From positions 32,739,064-32,771,273 of the forward strand of contig NC_068983.1 in NCBI RefSeq assembly GCF_001194135.2: DNA of 32,210 nucleotides, in the 5' to 3' direction. This DNA comes from Octopus bimaculoides. Lineage: Eukaryota. The notes under the pieces were generated by a model. It worked only from the letters and a program-made list of their open reading frames with translations. It made no database searches and was not told the origin of the DNA. Made by a program: the position numbers and the translations under genes. Below are positions 21,922 through 32,210 of this stretch, one piece after another (position 1 is the stretch's first letter; each line of letters begins with the position of its first letter).

Positions 21922-22199
21922 AAACAAACAAACAGCAACAAACCCCTCCCAGCTAAAAAAAACAATTCCACCTACCTCGGTCGACTTCACAAATTTTCAA
22001 TATCTGGACGGCAATCAGACACGTCCACAATGTTCAATAGCAAGAAAGACTAACTCTCCAATACCGGAAGCGAGCTTCTTGCCATTCTGCGTACAGCCCT
22101 TGTGGCTAATATAAATGAAATAAAGAAGCTTGCCTCACTACGCATGACCAAAACAAAGTAGTTGCTGTCAACCAAAGAGACAACACGGCTAATTATGGC

Positions 22200-22800
22200 T
22201 CTGTTGTAATTTTCAGTTTATAAAGGATAATTAACAACGCAGCTGGAAGGTAGCAGAGATTTTGTTTTTGGGGTACAGTGGGGCTATGTTATTGTATTAT
22301 TATTCTTTACAAATAGGGTATCTCCGCTGGTCTCGAGGCATTTTTTCCTCCTTTGTTTGTCTTATTGAAGAACTTTTGGTGGACGTTGTCTAGCGGTAAG
22401 AATTCTTTTTTACGTCTGTGTTTTCTGAAGATTGGTTTGGAATTTTTTCTGAAATACTTTTTTGTGTTTAGGCGAACAGCTGTTTTTATGCCTAAAAATC
22501 ATTGTGGGGTACCTATATTGAATTACCTAGGACTGCCAGGAGTTCGAATAGGCCAAGACATTCAATTTGAACAACACGGTAAAAATTAACTTTGTGAACT
22601 GCTTTACGTCGTTGAAGAACTGAATATTGTTGCCACACAAGTCTGTAGCGTGGTGAATTAAGTAGCTCAGCTGCGAGGTGGGGCTGTTTGTGTTTGGCTT
22701 GCCTGCAGTTTAGCAAATTGATTCACGTTTTAGTAAATAATTGTTTGCATTGTGAAAATTATTTTGGGGGCGTATCCCGCCTCCAAAATGTAGAACTTTT
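22200..22800 (-). pseudogene. Possible very decayed APE-domain LINE remnant
   Basis: Minus translation PNTNSPTSQLSYLIHH (P..T..SRLDY-like), a degenerate S-HK motif and *FLGIKTAVRLNTKKY, which resembles WFSLKRAIKTESIRY at ~31830. Weak, by eye only. Confidence 0.3.
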
Positions 22801-23284
22801 TTGATAATTCGTAGAAGTCAAGACAGTGATGTCCAGCGGTTAAAGGTGGTGACACATTCATAGACTTCTAGCTTGAACAATCGTCCACAAAGTTTCGGTA
22901 AGTGCGAACAGTCGATTGCAATCTCTATATTACTTGAGTGGCACTTATTTCTCGACTCCTGACTGATTCATAGGAAATTCAAGTAGTGAGTTATCAAATT
23001 TTAGAGATGCAACTGAACATCACGAGGCGCGACGTTTTCTAGGATCGATCTACTGATTCTGTTCGCCCACCACTATCGCATGTGAACTTGGACTTAACCA
23101 TTACTCGCAAGTGAATATAACATGATAAGCTGCAACATGCTTTTGCTAATTGTTTGACGGGGTCTATGAAGCCGTGAAGAGACATATATCAGCCCTTTTG
23201 CACTTAATCTAGCAGAACAACGAGAATATGACACTGGGGGCGGGAGGAGAGTTGCTTCAGCACTCTTAACTGCTGAAGAGACAG

Positions 23285-23400
23285 AATAATGTAAGATGGT
23301 GCGCCTTACCCAAACACACAACGCGGTTCCCGATCCGGGAATCAAGACCTCAGCCTTATGATTGTGAGCACACTTTTATCGACTAGGCTATGCACTTACA
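23285..23400 (-). mobile_element. Decayed tRNA-derived SINE head
   Basis: Sense GCATAGCCTAGTCGATAAAAG...CTTGATTCCCGG...TTGGGTAAGGCGC, with A/B-box-like and CORE-like remnants. Confidence 0.5.
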
Positions 23401-24051
23401 TTGTATCCTTGAATGCGCATATATAAATTATCTTTACTTAGGCATTTTCCGAAGCAGAAATTAACTGACACACTTACACCCACGCGTCACAGTCACATAT
23501 ATGCATATAAATATTTCGAAAAAGATTTATTGAGCTATCTTAGTTAAGAATTATCGTGGCGAAGTGAGTTGCTGTGTCCAGTAAATTTACAATAAAACTA
23601 GTCATATCTACAAACTATATTAATCAGAATTTTCCGTTTGTTTTGACCGTTTTAATGCTTGTATAAACATTTATGACAAATTTCATGTCAAAATATCAAG
23701 GGAGAATTAATTACTTTTACTCTGACGGAAACATTGAATATCGCAGTTTATAATATTGAGTTCACTGAAAGTGTTATTTATGCCTTGATACTTGTTCACG
23801 TTAAATGCATTTATAAGTATTTTTTTATGTTCATTTTATCTTTTACTTCTTTCAAAAAGGGTATTTTTGAGGGAAGTAATATAGAAATTATTCCAACCGA
23901 GAATCGAAGATGGTTTCAAAACATTGAAAAAAAGTAATGTTCAAATATGAGATTCTTCAATCCATGTTAATTGATATTATAGATAAATATCAAGAATGTA
24001 GGGAAACGGATTACGACCAATTTACGCAAATGGCAATAAGGCAAACGGTTA

Positions 24052-24180
24052 GATGAAATTTTGGAACAAGGCTAGCAATTTCGGGGCAGGGAAAAGTCGA
24101 TTACATCGATCTCAGTGCTCTACTTTATCGACTCCGTAAAGATGAAAGGCAAAGACGACCTCGGCGGAATTTGTACTCAG
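24052..24180 (-). mobile_element. SINE family A fragment
   Basis: GGAACAAGGC..AATTTCGGGG, AGTCGATTACATCGA, TTTATCGACTCCG, GATGAAAGGCAAAGACGACCTCGGCGGAATTTG. Confidence 0.78.
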
Positions 24181-24189
24181 TAACTTTAA

Positions 24190-24318
24190 GAGGAGATGGA
24201 AGCCTCAGCGAAGGAGTTCTTCGTCTCGAAAGACAAGAACTGGCATCAGCCTGGGATCAAAGATCTGGCTGAATGGTGGTTGCAAACGGTGCAACAAGAT
24301 GGCCTCTACTTTGAATGC
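24190..24318 (+). pseudogene. Mariner (Mos1/SETMAR-like) transposase C-terminal fragment
   Basis: EEMEASAKEFFVSKDKNWHQPGIKDLAEWWLQTVQQDGLYFE matches the mariner ending ..FF.SK...WY..GI..L..RW......G.YF. Confidence 0.8.
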
Positions 24319-25332
24319 TCGGCTGATTTTGTTGAAACATGAAGAGTAAAGCAAACGAGTTACTAAAAATATTTAACAACACTACAAAATTGACTGCAGT
24401 GCTTGATTAGTGTTTATCTTTATCAACCTCGAGGAAATGAAAGACTAGGACATATCGAGCATGATTTTAACTCAGTGTGAAGGAACGTTGCTAAATTACG
24501 CAAGTAATCTCGTCCAGTACTTGGACGACTCTGCCATCTCCTTGCTATAGCTGATGCGGGGTGGAATATAGGCTTTTATCGACAATTGTAAATTTTTGGC
24601 TGATATTTGAACGTTCAACAAGTTCAATCCAGAAGATTAAGAGACGAAAGCAAATATTGCATACGATTCCGTACACGATCTGAAAATAACTATTAATTTG
24701 CTTTTGATATTACATTCATTTAGAATGGAAAGGGCATGTAACAAATTATTAGATTATACTGGCTGTAGTCTGTAAACGTGCACCACATTTCGAAGACCGC
24801 AGCAGAGAAGTGTAAGAAGCCTAAGTCAACATCTTAAGTGAGCAATATCTGGATAATAAACTTTATTGAAACACAATTTGCTGGTGTAGATGTGGGTGTG
24901 CTGCATTCATCTATAAATGAAGAGTATGAAAAGATGACAGAAGCAAATAATTCATTACTCTGCATAATTCCTGAGCTGGCAACGTGGCTTGTAGAGTGTG
25001 AAACGCCATGCGGAAAGAATTTCTTGTTTCATATAATATCCGTTTAAATTCTTCAGAGTCTGTTTCGTTCTAGACCTTCACGAAGAGCAAATTGAAACAT
25101 GGAAGCCAAAGAGTCGAGTATGCCATCTAGCAATGGACTAAGAGGAAATCAAACTTGAAAGCTTTGGCAGAAATACTGACACCTACATCGCTTCCGTACT
25201 GTACTACCACTTGACAGTATAAGGAATTTCTGATCAAACTGAAGTCCTTGATGTATTACTTTCGACAGGCAATAATGACCATAACGTTCATCTTCACTCA
25301 GCTCTCAACTACTGGTAACACACAGTGCATAG

Positions 25333-25554
25333 AATATATTCTTTTCTACTCTAAGCACAAGGCCCGAGATATTTGGGGAGGGGGCCTGTCGATTAGATCA
25401 ACCACAGTCCGCAACTGGTACTTAATTTATCGACTCCGAAAGGATGAAAGGCAAAGTTGACCTCGGCGGAATTTGAACTCAGAGCATAAAGATAGATGAA
25501 ATAGCGCTAAGCACTTCACCAGGCGTGCTAACGTTTCTGCCAGATCGCTGCCTT
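25333..25554 (-). mobile_element. Full-length SINE family A copy
   Basis: Colinear with 3726-3938 along its whole length. Confidence 0.92.
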
Positions 25555-26639
25555 AGGGCAAATAAAATATTCAAAATGTTAAAATCCAGTTGATCAAGTC
25601 CTTCCAAGAAATGATGTACTAATCAATAGACTTATTCATACAGAGACTCGTTCATACATAGCATGAGAAATTTCGGTATTGTGTTCGGCAATAATCCACC
25701 GGCATTATTCACGCTTCCACTTCATAACTGTCATCTGGAATGCATATAGATATAGAAGAATAGAAGTGAACGTTGGCATCTGTAGGATTTGAACTTGGAG
25801 ACTGACATAACTCTATGGTGCAAGGTTCTTATACTGACAAAGACCCCAACTTTCATTCTCTATTTTACCGATTCTACCACTTCAATGCACGCACACACAC
25901 ATTTGTGTGTGTGTGTGTATGCATGAAAGGACACTATACCATATTGTATTTATATTTGTATGTTGGGTTAACGGCAAGTGTTAATTCTGTTCTGAAATGT
26001 CTTTACTTTTAATGCATTTATTTTCCATTTGCATAAAGGGCAAAACGAGTACTCGCAGGATTTAAATCAAAACCAAAATTAAATATCAAAAATTATTTTG
26101 TCTAATACCTGAATAGACGTTGCCCTTTTCAATTCTATTACAATATATTTAATTTAAAGAACAGTTCTCCAATAAAATCTATATTTACACGTAATGAAAA
26201 TAGATTATATTTTTGCATTTAGACTTATTGCGCATATGAGTAGAAACAATATAACTAGAGAGAAACATCGAAGACCAAATTAAATGTCATCTAGCGCTCG
26301 ATTTAATTCTTTACTTTCTTATCCTCTTTCCTCGAACTATGCTAAAACTTTTGTGTAAGCATATATTTTTTACCGTAGCAATTTTTACTTTCCTCCCATT
26401 TAATTGTGAATGATTTCATTATAGAGCTGGGAAGATTAAGTACGCTTAATCTTCCCAGAAAAATTAGAACAATGTACTAAAAATTTAGAGCATTTTCTTT
26501 TGTCCTATTTTATTATTGCATGTTTTTTGAAATCATATTTCTATATATTTTTTAATATATTTTATGACATTTTAATCACTTTTCGTCAACTCATTACCTT
26601 TACTGTAACGCTATATATTTTGTCATTGTCGTATGGTTG

Positions 26640-26725
26640 CAACTTTACGGCGAAGTGAAAGATAAAGTTAAATTGAGTGGCATTCGAACTCAGAACGTAA
26701 AGATCTGGAACAAATATTACAAAGC
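26640..26725 (-). mobile_element. Decayed SINE family A fragment
   Basis: GTGAAAGATAAAGTTAAATTGAGTGGCATTCGAACTCAGAACGTAAAG. Confidence 0.45.
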
Positions 26726-27204
26726 CTCTTACTTGATGGCCCTGAAAATTCTGCAAATCCACCTTCATTTAATTATAATGATGAAGAATCATTGGAGTGT
26801 AGGGCAAATGCCTCGCAATATATACTATCAACTTTTTACATTTTAGAGTTGGTTATTTTCTCTTGCTGGATTCAATAAAAATCCTGTTCTGGATTTGATC
26901 TATTTCATACATTGTGCTCTTCCGTTACATTTTTGATTCCACTTCTACCTTCCTTAATTTTAATTCGCACGTGTCATTTAAGGAGCATATATACTATCTC
27001 GTTTCAAAAAGAAATACATGTACTTCCTCTCTTTATAACCTATATCAACGATTTAGTTAAATTCTTTAAGATTTCAACTTTTAAATAAATAACAGTTGTT
27101 CAAATAATGAACAGATTAATGTGAGAAAATGAGTAATTTATTTTCAACAATTCCGGCAATCGACGCCAATCGGTATACGTTCTTGAGCACTATTAAATGA
27201 TTCT

Positions 27205-27634
27205 AAGGTGTCGAGCTGGCAGAAACGTTAGCACGCCGGGCGAAATGCTTAGCGGTATTTCGTCTGCCACTACGTTCAGAGTTCAAATTCCGCCGAGGAC
27301 GACTTTGCCTTTCATCCTTTCGGGGTCGATTAAATAAGTACCAGTTACGCACCATGGTCAATATAATCGACTTAATCCGTTTGTCTGTCATTGTTTGTCC
27401 TCTTTGTGTAGCCCCTTGTGGGCAGTAAAAAAATAAGAAACGTTAGCACGACTGATAAAATGCTTAGCAGCATACCCTTTTTTACGTTTTGAATTAAAAT
27501 TCCGCCGGGGCCAACTTTGCCTTTCATCCGTTCCGGTTCGATAAAATAAGTACCAGTTGAGTACTGGGTCAATGTAATCGACTTACCCCTTCCCCCGAAA
27601 TTGCTGGTCTTGTGCCACAATTTGAAAGCATTAT
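27205..27634 (+). mobile_element. SINE family A copy interrupted in its head
   Basis: Head AAGGTGTCGAGCTGGC (27205-27220). The body resumes at 27436 and ends CTTGTGCCACAATTTGAAAGCATTAT. Confidence 0.8.
27236..27435 (+). mobile_element. Inner SINE: family A body with a Tx1-like 3' tail
   Basis: B box GAGTTCAAATTCC and family A core, then CGTTTGTCTGTCATTGTTTGTCCTCTTTGT...GTAAAAAAATA. Flanked by AGAAACGTTAGCACG at 27221-27235 and 27436-27450. Confidence 0.82.
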
Positions 27635-28164
27635 GTAATGATTCTTTTGTCACTACTTCAGAAAGTACGTTAGTGGATTTTATGCTTTACTGAGGTGGTT
27701 ATGAAACATGTCCGGATTTGTTTACCTTCATTTTTGAAATAATATAATAATAAACGGATTTGTCTCCCATACTTTTTGAAATAACATAATAACGATTTAT
27801 GTCTAGTACTAGTTTTCCCTTAGCGGGAAATTATTTTATAGCTTACTAAAAATACCAGCTGATTAAGTTATGTGTTGTAAGCACCAGCCAGCATACATTT
27901 CTTGAAACATTTCTTAGTGATTCATCCATTATTATTTCATCAAATAAATTGAAGTCTAAACTTTGCTGATGCGGTTGTAATGAGAAAGTCTCCTCCCTAG
28001 AGATTTCTCCCACATCTGATGAAATAGTTTCAACGATGATGTAAATATGATAGATGTCACCTTTATGACACTAACTGGCAATGCTGATTCAACAGTATAC
28101 GGTGAAGCAAAACTAGACGAACAGTCTTTTATGGATAACACAAATTTATTAAGTTTCAGCTATT

Positions 28165-28316
28165 TATGTTCTGAATTCAAATCCTGCCGAAGTCAATTTT
28201 GTCAGTCATCTTTTCGAGATCGATAAAATCGAGTACCAATTAACCACTGATCGCACTGGTGTCGACTGAACCCTCACCTCAAAACTCATGGCAATATGCC
28301 TAAATCAGAGACCATT
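28165..28316 (+). mobile_element. Decayed SINE family A copy
   Basis: GTTCTGAATTCAAATCCTGCCGAAGTC, GATCGATAAAATCGAGTACCA, tail GAGACCATTAT. Confidence 0.55.
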
Positions 28317-28847
28317 ATATTTTAAGCAGTTCTAAACTATAGTGATAAATACAATGTACGGGTATTTTAACTTTAAACTAGTAGATTAGCCATGGAGTAT
28401 ATAACTATATAAAATGTAAAGAATTACTTGAGCCAGAGAGTTCAAAATTATAAAAGTAAACTCAATAAGAGAACTTTCCAGTTAACAAAGTAAGAGAAAT
28501 TATTGACAAATTAAAAAAAATCAAGTAGTACGAATGTGAATAGATATAAGCATGTGTTACAATATGCATATCCTAACAGAATATGACAAAAAAAATGTTA
28601 CCACTAAAATTAGTTCATGCAAATGGTAAATCCAAGATCTTGAAGTATCGATCCAAATATATTTATAAAACGTAATAATCTGATATGAGAAAATCTTGGT
28701 AAAGTGAAAGGATATTTGAGCATACAAGTGTTTTCAATAATATTTATAGAACTGTAGAAACATACGACCATGTACAGATATGCATGTATAGAAACACACA
28801 ATTGCGCACACATTTACATGCTAAAATACATCTAACAAATTTGTAAT

Positions 28848-28871
28848 ATCTATCTATCTATCTATCTATCT
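28848..28871. repeat. (TATC)n microsatellite
   Basis: Directly visible. Confidence 0.9.
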
Positions 28872-29231
28872 TGACGGACGTGCTGTCACATCGGCTGCAG
28901 AGGTAAACGTTTGACCTTTTATTACCAACAAATTGTCATTTTTGTATATAAGGTGTGTGAAGCACCCAACTTTTTATTGTGTTTTCGAGGTAGGAATTGG
29001 CCCTTAAGGGCAGTTTCAACCTGTTTTAAATATTTTTTTTCTTCCCGACATTGAAAAATGTCGAGAAATGTTGTAGTAGAACGCTGGTAAAATTCTTTTT
29101 TGGAACATTTTCCTAGGCTTGAAACGCTGGGAGAACAAAAAAAATTAGGTCATGCACGCGCACACACTAAATCAACAACAGAAAGAACAAATGAATCAAC
29201 AAATGTTACAGACCTTAAAGTAAACGCTGTC

Positions 29232-30866
29232 ATGGATACTACGACTGTTAACAGCCCTGTCACCACCACCAACACCACAGAGACTACCACTGCTACCACC
29301 GCTACCACAGCCAATACCAGCAACAACAAGTCACCGGCCGTCAACACCGACACCACAATCTGCAATTTTGCCAGTTTACTGAAAACGGCAAAGAAAACCA
29401 TTACATTAACGGAATTAGAACTGGAATTTGGAGAAACTCTCTTGTCAAAAGTCGGCCACAAAATTGTTTTGCATACACCCTAAGAAATATCAAACGACGT
29501 AAACAAAAAAACAATCATTTATAAAGTACACAATAAAACAACTAAAAAGATTTAGCATTTCAATCAGCAAGAAATTGAACGCTGTTTGAGGCCATTCTGG
29601 TCCCTTAAATCATATATCAACAGGGGTAAATATTTTGGCACTGTGGAACATCGTTTCAAGACCGAAGAGCACGCAAAATCTTTCTCCACACAAACACTAC
29701 AAACAGACAAAATAATAATGGTCCCGTCTTACCTTGGAAAGTGAGTAACCAAAATAAAAGTAAAAGACATTCCCCCTGAAATAGAACCGTCGTGGGTGGT
29801 CTCTGCAATTTTGCATGGACATAAACAAAAAATGAACATTATTAATATCAACGTTTTCGAAGAAGACAATTGGCTAGGGAAAAGCATTGAGCTTTTGGCG
29901 CAAATCGAACCCTCAATAATCGAAGCCATTACGGACAGCGTTGAGCTGGCTAATGGCACCAATTTGCACGTAGTCGTGGAGGGCCGACGTACCCGATATT
30001 TCCTGTGCGGAGGCAAGAACCATTTTAGGGCTTCTTGTCCAAGCACAGCCAAACATCAACCACCGCAGGAACAAGAGCAGCAACAACAACCACAGCAACA
30101 ACAGCACGAACAGCGAGAGCAACAACAACAATCGCCAAATACCACCAAGCCTGGACTTCTACCAACACCAAAGACAGACAAAGGACATCAAAATACACCA
30201 ACAGAAAACCATTCGAAAAAAACAGCATCACCACAACCGCTGTCACCATCAACAGCACCACCAAAAAAGACAACGGACACTTTGCCTGCAACAACGAAGA
30301 ACAATAAAGAAAATGCACACAACCACACACCCCCAACCAAAAATGAACCCAACAATCCCCAAACAGCACCAAATAAATCTGCAGCAACAACAGACACACA
30401 ACTGGAGTCCCTAAACATTCCTCCACCACCTTCGGATAACCCCGATTCAGCTGACATCTCCTTGGCTGAGAAAAGTGACAGCAAAACGGAGGGGTTTGTA
30501 ATGGCAAATGGAGGAAGAAGAAAAAGAATTACAAAAAGCATGGGATCCGCTCCACAAAAAGCCGGGAGATACACAGCTCCCGATAACACTGAACAAAACA
30601 CCACCACCACCACTAGCACAAAAGACAATAATACAAAAACACCCACAAAACTTTTGACAGCAATAAACACGAAAGATCCAGGACTCATGGAGTTCATAAC
30701 AACAAACCCAGACATTACAGAAGACGATTATAAATTGCACCATTATCCGCATACCACACCCCCAAAACACATTAACATACTGCGCACCACACAACAGACA
30801 TGCCAAAAAATGAAAGCTTCCTATCCTAATGCGGTAGGTAAGTTCAACAGATACCTATCCACCTGA
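29232..30866 (+). pseudogene. Tx1-like ORF1 (Thr-rich N-terminus, central domain, decayed CCHC knuckle, low-complexity C-terminus)
   Basis: ORFs 29100..29483 and 29796..30866 are in the same frame, separated by three in-frame stops. Motifs PSYLGK*VTKIKV..PP...W, NWLG, EGRRTRYFLCGGKNHFRASCP. The start Met is a guess. Confidence 0.85.
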
Positions 30867-30983
30867 CTCTTCAAAAACCTCCTCACGGGCGTCCCTGAAG
30901 AGTCCCTTGCAAAAAGTACACAAAAAAGTAAGTAACCCTGTCTCGCTTTCTCTTGCCTTAGTGTTTGAAGCACAACTTTCGAC

Positions 30984-32210
30984 ATGGCCTTGCTCACCTT
31001 GGGTAGTGTGAATGTCCGTGGTTTAGCAAGCCCTTGGAAACAAGGGTACCTGTTGAACGACGTGAAAGTACTAGGTGTCGATATCATTGCCATCTTGGAG
31101 ACAAGACTTTCCAACCCGCGGTCCCTCCAGCACATGTTCGGTGGACAGTTCGATATTTATTTTTCTTCGTGCTTGCCGAATATGGGCGGTGGCGGAACCG
31201 CGGTCCTCTTTCGGAAGGGCCTAGATCTCCAAATAAAGATAATATTCACGGACCCAGAAGGGAGAGTCGTGGTTTTGGACGTGAACAGCAGAAATGGGTG
31301 TGCTTTTCGTTTAATAGCGGTTTACGCACCGTCCTTAACGGGTAGGTCGGATTTCTTCCGTCGTGTAGAGGTGTTTCTGGGAACGTCTCGACCTTCACTG
31401 TTAGTAGGAGATTGGAACGCAACCTTAGACACGCACGTAGGCTACGTGGGCTTAGATAGCTCTAGAAAGGGGTGCAAAAGCCTCAAAGACCTAATCAGAC
31501 GTTTCCAATTGTCTGATAGGTACCGACTGGACAACCCGAATGTGCCAATGTGGACTTGGACTAACCGCAGCAGGTCGTGCAGATCGTATCTAGATAGGAT
31601 ATTCTGTAGAACTGTAGATAGGGATAGCGTTAGTTGTCCACAGTTCAAAATAGTCAGCTATTCGGATCACAAATTTGTGTCGTGTACGCTTGACTTAGAT
31701 AGGTTCCATAGACATGGTCCCGGTTACTGGAAACTGAACGCGTCGTTCCCGGCGCGAAAGGTTTACAGGGACCGGATTAGCACGTTAGTTAAGAGAGCGT
31801 TGACGGGAGCCATCGTCAACAACAGATGGTGGTTTTCTCTGAAACGGGCAATTAAGACAGAATCGATAAGATATAGCAAAGCACTAGCGTTAGACGGGAA
31901 TAGAGTAGAGTGAGAGCTAGTCAGGAAATTAGACGAGGCACTTAGGAGTGGCATCGCGACTAACGTGTTAACGGCGAGATTGGCCCTCAACCAACATCTC
32001 AATGCCAAGCACGAAGGTTGCGTTGCCAGAGCTAGGATGCGTGCTCTTAGGAACGAGGGACTCGACGTGGCTAGGGAAGCTCGGGTAGCAGAAGCACAAC
32101 GCGGCAACCGGGTCACTGTCCGGTCTCTGACCGATCGACGGGGGCAGAATTTACTCGAGCCAGAGAGGATGTGCGAGGCCTTTCAGCGGCACTTTGCCCG
32201 ACTGTTCGGA
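30984..32210 (+). pseudogene. ORF2 N-terminus: apurinic-type endonuclease plus linker (RT beyond window)
   Basis: SVNVRGL, DIIAILET, GGTAVLF, AVYAP, GDWNA, WTW, YLDRIF, SDHK, GPGYWKLNAS. One in-frame TGA at 31911-31913, after which the frame stays open to 32210. Confidence 0.93.

Larger units (their letters stand above)
29150..32210 (+). mobile_element. Tx1-clade (L1 group) LINE, ORF1 + ORF2, continuing beyond the window; 5' boundary uncertain
   Basis: Gag-like ORF1 with zinc knuckle, 117-nt spacer, then an APE ORF2 with the Tx1-typical GPGYWKLNAS motif. Confidence 0.92.

Noticed and set aside
18620-21990. Long ORFs spanning N runs (18620..19252, 18858..19520, 21010..21990, 21193..22053 and similar)
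   Set aside because: Their length is an artefact of Ns lacking stop codons; only the non-N part of 21010..21241 is meaningful.
21922-22900. Idea that an APE domain lies upstream of ORF1 in one element (inverted ORF order), or that this is a Penelope remnant
   Set aside because: Separated from ORF1 by a 680-N gap and an oppositely skewed segment, much more decayed, and no GIY-YIG motif seen; more likely an unrelated older fragment.
29003-29125. Possible Harbinger-type TIR pair (GGGCAGTTTCAACCT / AGGCTTGAAAC)
   Set aside because: Only about 10 nt match and the outer ends do not pair.
1-32210. CRISPR arrays, rRNA, bona fide tRNA genes, prokaryotic operons
   Set aside because: No repeat-spacer periodicity or rRNA motifs; all tRNA-like heads are attached to SINE bodies.

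Overview
AT-rich, microsatellite-dense eukaryotic DNA with four N gaps. The SINE families and LINE types look like those I recognise from Octopus (coleoid cephalopod); this is an inference from memory, not a database match. No host protein-coding gene can be firmly supported, only a few weak exon candidates. The window is mainly transposon debris: about 15 tRNA-derived SINE copies or fragments, three RLE-type (R4/Dong-like) LINE fragments in (AAT)n tracts, an RTE 3' end, a decayed Tc1 transposon with both TIRs, mariner fragments, two foldback elements, a possible solo LTR, and a Tx1-clade LINE (ORF1 plus APE ORF2) running off the right edge. The best lead is a possible three-tier Tx1 system. 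(1) The bicistronic Tx1-like LINE has a donor/branch/acceptor splice cassette between ORF1 and ORF2. (2) Two strongly diverged, tail-to-tail elements have a homologous ORF1 that runs straight into a conserved 3' UTR with no ORF2, like HAL1 'half-LINEs'. (3) A tRNA-headed SINE carries the same 3' terminus as one of those elements. Separately, two SINE-into-SINE insertions each duplicated the same 15-nt window of the tRNA-like head, suggesting site-specific integration.
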